DNA from: Chitinophagales bacterium
Lineage (GTDB): Bacteria; Bacteroidota; Bacteroidia; Chitinophagales; UBA8649
Length of the DNA stretch: 64,000 bases
Assembly (NCBI GenBank): GCA_049890075.1
Contig: JBMHCE010000001.1
Location: 22,633-86,632 of the forward strand
Reading direction: 5' to 3'
Shown here: piece after piece, positions 60,103 through 64,000 of the stretch
Position numbering within the stretch: position 1 is the first letter of the stretch
How the letters are laid out: every line of letters starts with the position of its first letter
Program-made: the position numbers and the translations under genes
Notes under the pieces: model-generated
What the model was told of the DNA's origin: nothing
Database searches by the model: none
The model's input: the letters and a program-made list of their open reading frames with translations, nothing else

Positions 60103-61097
60103 GTAAGCTAAAAAAGGCTTTACAGATTGTAGCATCCTTAACCTTAGGAATAGGTATTCTTTATTGGCTTTTTACCAAAGAAAATCTTGATTGGGTGAGC
60201 TTCAGAACGGAGTTGACTACCATCAATTGGTTTTGGATTGGTCTTGGAATCATAAATCTTCAGCTGAGTTGGCTCTATCGTGCGATACGATGGCAGATGC
60301 AAATTGAGGCAATTGACAGGCGTTATGCGCTTCGTGATTTATGGGCGGCCTCTGTTGCCGGGGTAGCTATAAACTACCTTATTCCTCGTTCCGGCGAATT
60401 GTTAAAGTGCGCTTGGGTTGGCAAGAAGACTGGCAGTTCTACACCTCGATTGATTGGCACAGTAGTTACCGAACGAGCCATTGATGTCCTATGCCTCTTA
60501 CTGATTATTTGTGTAGGATTTTTCTTAGAATCCGATGTATTGATTTCCTTTTTACTTGAAGAAGCTAAGGTTCCCTATTGGTTATTGTATTTGGGACTAT
60601 TTGGGGGTTTTCTCGGTATTGCTTCTTTGTTTGTGATCAAAAGACTTGCAAGGAGTAAGGGAGGGATTTTTGCCAAGGCGTGGGGTCTTGTAATGGCTCT
60701 TTGGGAGGGTGTTCTATCGGTAAACAAGCTCAAAAGACCCTTTCTGTTTATTGCCTTGACCCTATTGATTTGGACCTCTTATGTTCTGATGCAATACTTG
60801 GTCTTCTTTGCCTATCCGCCTGCTTCCAACTTCGGGTTTGAAGTGGCGCTTATTGTATTCATTTTTAGCTCTTTTGGCATTGTAGTTCCTACTCCTGGGG
60901 GAATTGGTTCATTTCAATTTTTTGCCCAAACCGCCTTGGTTATCTATGGAATGGCGAGTGCCTCCGCCCTATTTTTTGCCAATATCATGTTTTGGCCATT
61001 TGTGATTTCAAATATTGTATTTGGTACTATTGGTTTTTTAATCCTTTCGAATACGCCAGATCAACCCAACGCGAGTAAACCGATCGAAGTGCAATGA
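60051..61097 (+). CDS. lysylphosphatidylglycerol-synthase-TM-region (UPF0104, flippase-like) membrane protein
   Basis: About 8 TM helices with the RSGELLK motif region. Start uncertain: the ATG at 60051 overlaps panD by 52 nt, and a TTG at 60099 would overlap by 4 nt. Confidence 0.6.
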   Translation: MGNNNRPSYSPFKFLGLSKLKKALQIVASLTLGIGILYWLFTKENLDWVSFRTELTTINWFWIGLGIINLQLSWLYRAIRWQMQIEAIDRRYALRDLWAASVAGVAINYLIPRSGELLKCAWVGKKTGSSTPRLIGTVVTERAIDVLCLLLIICVGFFLESDVLISFLLEEAKVPYWLLYLGLFGGFLGIASLFVIKRLARSKGGIFAKAWGLVMALWEGVLSVNKLKRPFLFIALTLLIWTSYVLMQYLVFFAYPPASNFGFEVALIVFIFSSFGIVVPTPGGIGSFQFFAQTALVIYGMASASALFFANIMFWPFVISNIVFGTIGFLILSNTPDQPNASKPIEVQ

Positions 61098-61588
61098 GTC
61101 AATTTGTTACACCACAAGAGCGAGCTTCGGAGCAAGTCAACGCATGGAAAGCTGAAGGGGCGAAGATTGTATTCACCAATGGGTGTTTTGATATTTTACA
61201 TCCAGGTCATATTCATTGCCTGCAACGCGCTAAAGCCATGGGGGACTACTTGGTTGTTGGATTAAATGGTGATGACTCTGTGCGTCGCTTAAAAGGAGAG
61301 GCGAGGCCTTATCATGACCAAGATCAGCGGGCTATGCAACTTATGGCGCTGTCTTGTGTAGATGTCGTTGTATTGTTTGCTGAGGATACGCCTAAAGAAT
61401 TAATCTATAGCCTTAAACCTGATGTTTTGGTCAAAGGAGGAGATTATACAGACAAAGAAGTTGTTGGCGGGGACTTTGTTCGTTCGCTTGGAGGTAGGGT
61501 AGAGATAATCGATTTATTACAAGGTCATTCTACAACGAAGATTCTGAACTTTGTACTTTCACAAAAAAAGGGTAATCATGACATTTAA
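61094..61588 (+). CDS. cytidylyltransferase-like protein (RfaE domain II / heptose-1-phosphate adenylyltransferase-like)
   Basis: FTNGCFDILHPGHI nucleotidyltransferase HxGH motif. 164 aa. Confidence 0.75.
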   Translation: MSQFVTPQERASEQVNAWKAEGAKIVFTNGCFDILHPGHIHCLQRAKAMGDYLVVGLNGDDSVRRLKGEARPYHDQDQRAMQLMALSCVDVVVLFAEDTPKELIYSLKPDVLVKGGDYTDKEVVGGDFVRSLGGRVEIIDLLQGHSTTKILNFVLSQKKGNHDI

Positions 61589-62717
61589 GCTCACCGAAGA
61601 ACACTTGATGATTCAAAAGGCAGCAAGGGATTTTGCTGATAATCGATGTAAGGAAGGCGTTATCGAACGCGATCGCGATATGATCCATCCCACCGAACTT
61701 ATCAAAGAGCTTGGAGAGTTGGGCTTTATGGGCATGATGGTCGATCCAACATATGGAGGAAGCGGATTGGATACCCTTTCCTATGTGTTAGGGATGGAGC
61801 AAATTTCTAGAGTCGATAACTCGGTTTCTGTAGCCATGTCGGTTAACAACTCGTTGGTTTGCTGGGGTATTGAGACATTCGGATCAGAGGAGCAGAAACA
61901 AAAGTACCTACCCGACCTAGCCCAAGGCAAAAAGATTGGGGCATTTTGTTTGAGTGAACCAGAGGCAGGATCGGATGCAACGAGCCAGCGAACTACTGCC
62001 ATTGATCAAGGAGATCACTATTTACTCAACGGCACAAAGAACTGGATTACAAATGGAGGATCTGCTAGTGTCTTTTTAGTCATTGCACAGACAGATGCTG
62101 AGAAAGGTCATCGGGGGATTAACTGCCTCATAGTCGAAAAAGACATGGAGGGTTTTGTGGTTGGAGCAAAAGAAGACAAGTTAGGTATTCGCTCATCCGA
62201 TACACATACGTTGTTATTTAATGATGTCAAGGTGCCAAAAGCCAATCGGGTGGGGGAAGATGGCTTTGGATTTAAGTTTGCCATGAAGACCCTCTCAGGA
62301 GGACGAATTGGTATTGCTGCTCAAGCTCTTGGTATTGCTCAGGGTGCCTATGAATTAGCTCTGGCATACAGTAAAGAACGCAAAGCCTTTGGAAAGGAAA
62401 TTCACAAGCACCAAGCCATTGGGTTTAAGCTGGCGGAAATGGCTATGGAAATAGAAGCTGCCCGCTTGTTAGTCTACAAAAGCGCTTGGCTTAAAGATCA
62501 AGGTGAAAACTATGACCTGGCGAGTAGCATGGCAAAGCTTTATGCTTCAGAAGTTGCTATGAAACAAACCGTAGAGGCCGTGCAGATTCATGGAGGCTAC
62601 GGCTACGTTAAAGAATATCATGTGGAGCGCCTGATGCGGGATGCAAAAATCACGCAGATTTATGAAGGAACTTCAGAAATTCAGCGTCTTGTAATTTCTC
62701 GATCTATTACGAAATAG
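61578..62717 (+). CDS. acyl-CoA dehydrogenase
   Basis: FCLSEPEAGSD, the QIHGGYGY region and IYEGTSEIQR. Start taken at MTFKLTEEH. Confidence 0.9.
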   Translation: MTFKLTEEHLMIQKAARDFADNRCKEGVIERDRDMIHPTELIKELGELGFMGMMVDPTYGGSGLDTLSYVLGMEQISRVDNSVSVAMSVNNSLVCWGIETFGSEEQKQKYLPDLAQGKKIGAFCLSEPEAGSDATSQRTTAIDQGDHYLLNGTKNWITNGGSASVFLVIAQTDAEKGHRGINCLIVEKDMEGFVVGAKEDKLGIRSSDTHTLLFNDVKVPKANRVGEDGFGFKFAMKTLSGGRIGIAAQALGIAQGAYELALAYSKERKAFGKEIHKHQAIGFKLAEMAMEIEAARLLVYKSAWLKDQGENYDLASSMAKLYASEVAMKQTVEAVQIHGGYGYVKEYHVERLMRDAKITQIYEGTSEIQRLVISRSITK

Positions 62718-62719
62718 GG

Positions 62720-63850
62720 TTAGCGAATCGCTTCCTCTAAATCATCGATTGACATCTCGAAATCAAAGGCGTCATACACCTTGTAGTAATTGTCTGGGTC
62801 TGCACACTCGCGGTAGGCGTAAATGGCAAAGTCTAGACGATCGCTTTCAAAATCAAATGCCATCATTATCTGCTTGATTTGATTGGCAGTAAGACAATTT
62901 GAACGCGATACCTGCTTGGCAATAGCCATTTTTGAATCGCTAAACGACTTATCTTCAATTGACGCTAATGCATCATTGAAATCACTACTTGCCATTGTAC
63001 AAGGTGGTGCTACAGGAGTCGGCGCCGGCACGTATTGTGTTTGAGGACTCGTTGTTGTTGTGGTTGTTGTTGTTGTGGTTGTCGTTGTTGTGGAATTGCT
63101 AGAACCAGAAGAAGGCATTCCATCATTGATGGTTACATCCATATCAAAGCCCATTCCTCCAATATTCATATCCATAGAGACATTTTCTTGATAGATATCA
63201 TTACTTGAGGATTGCTCTATGATCTGAACATTGGTTGTTGTCGTTTCCTGAACATTCACTGAAGTAGATGAGCCCATGGAGGAATTACCTTCATTCATGT
63301 TGATGTCAATATTCATATCCATGCCCATACCTCCCATATTTACGTCCATTGAAAGATTCTCTTGGCCTTGATTTACGGGTGCACTAGATTGATTGTTTGT
63401 CGTAGTCGTTTGTTCGGTTACTTGAACCGTAGTTGTTGTCGTTTCCTGTGGAAGAGGCGTACTGTGGTATTCTATAATTGTAACTTCTTGACTTTGAGGC
63501 GGTGCTGTCTCAATGGGCACTGCGCTAAAAGCACGTAGAATAAAATCTCCTTTGCGGTTAGCTTTAATACGATAGCTAGTTGCACAATACGATGGACAAT
63601 CGATGCCTTTAAGCATTAAATTTCCTCGTGTGATGGCAGGATACAGGCTATTGGCAAACTCAATTCGTACAGAAGCCAATTCAAACATTAATCCGTCAAC
63701 TTGAACATTCGTCGATGCCGTACCATTTTGGCGGATACCGTTTACTTCGAGATAGAAAGGTTCTCCAACTTCGGAGAAAACAGTCAGTTGGTGTTGGGCA
63801 AAACTTTGCATAATGCCCAGGCATAGAATGCTTAAGAAAATATTTTTCAT
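62720..63850 (-). CDS. DUF4476 domain-containing exported protein with Met-rich tandem repeats and a poly-Thr linker
   Basis: Signal peptide after the internal Met (MKNIFLSILCLGIMQSFAQ). The C-terminal ~90 aa (FSDSKMAIAKQV...LDFAIYAY...) resemble DUF4476. Confidence 0.6.
   Translation of the reverse strand: MKNIFLSILCLGIMQSFAQHQLTVFSEVGEPFYLEVNGIRQNGTASTNVQVDGLMFELASVRIEFANSLYPAITRGNLMLKGIDCPSYCATSYRIKANRKGDFILRAFSAVPIETAPPQSQEVTIIEYHSTPLPQETTTTTVQVTEQTTTTNNQSSAPVNQGQENLSMDVNMGGMGMDMNIDINMNEGNSSMGSSTSVNVQETTTTNVQIIEQSSSNDIYQENVSMDMNIGGMGFDMDVTINDGMPSSGSSNSTTTTTTTTTTTTTTSPQTQYVPAPTPVAPPCTMASSDFNDALASIEDKSFSDSKMAIAKQVSRSNCLTANQIKQIMMAFDFESDRLDFAIYAYRECADPDNYYKVYDAFDFEMSIDDLEEAIR
63050..63091 (-). 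repeat. 14 consecutive Thr codons (ACA/ACC/ACG) within the DUF4476 gene
   Basis: Counted directly. The plus strand reads cgt tgt tgt tgt ggt tgt tgt tgt tgt ggt tgt cgt tgt tgt. Confidence 0.9.
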
Positions 63851-64000
63851 AGTTGTAGGTTGTTTAAAAAATGGAGTTGGATGTTGCCAGATCTTAGTCG
63901 AGGCTTCTTCCTGAAACGGATCGTGTATTGACGCGGCTTCTTCTAAACTCACGCATTTTTACACTGATTGTACAGTTGTAGTCTCGCATATCATTAGGAA

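Noticed and set aside
63851-63952. N-terminal extensions of several track ORFs: 63851..63952, 23375..23482, 10620..10730, 12715..12759, 58016..58084 and 3174..3230.
   Set aside because: In each case an internal Met yields a proper signal peptide or lipobox and removes an overlap with the neighbouring gene. The extensions therefore look non-coding.

Overview
The window looks like a densely packed, mostly core-genome stretch of a Bacteroidota chromosome, probably Flavobacteriia-like. The taxonomic guess rests on several family-typical features:
- a T9SS-type C-terminal sorting domain
- a split atpD-atpC pair
- an archaeal/eukaryote-type ProRS
- the glmS / DUF4270 / short GT5 'glycogen synthase' / panC-panD neighbourhood
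- many lipoprotein and outer-membrane barrel genes

I call about 58 CDS. Intergenic gaps are mostly under 110 bp and the largest is about 250 bp. Reading by eye, I found no rRNA, tRNA, CRISPR array, transposase, integrase or phage genes, and nothing resembling a known defence island.

Recognisable housekeeping genes include glpK, parE, thyA-folA, proS, murB, pckA, rsmE, atpDC, priA, pssA, purS, rsmI, ssb, dprA, lpxK, a purine nucleoside phosphorylase, glmS, panCD and an acyl-CoA dehydrogenase.

The observations most worth a second look are:
1. A secreted protein (13904..15598, minus strand) carries the full ligand pattern of a PHM/DBH-type two-copper monooxygenase. It is fused to an N-terminal PSCyt1-like CX4CH haem motif and a T9SS C-terminal domain.
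2. A 1074-aa protein (44130..47354, minus strand) joins a complete M1 gluzincin peptidase to a C-terminal Omp85-type beta-barrel.
3. A Trp/Tyr/Gly/Asn-rich exported protein with an RGG-like Ser/Asn/Arg tail sits directly upstream of a FadL/PorV-like barrel (24936..27822).
4. A roughly 28-bp palindrome-containing direct repeat flanks a STAS-like/LuxR regulator gene on both sides (53891..54818).

All product calls come from motif recognition and remembered family signatures. No database search was possible, so novelty cannot be asserted.
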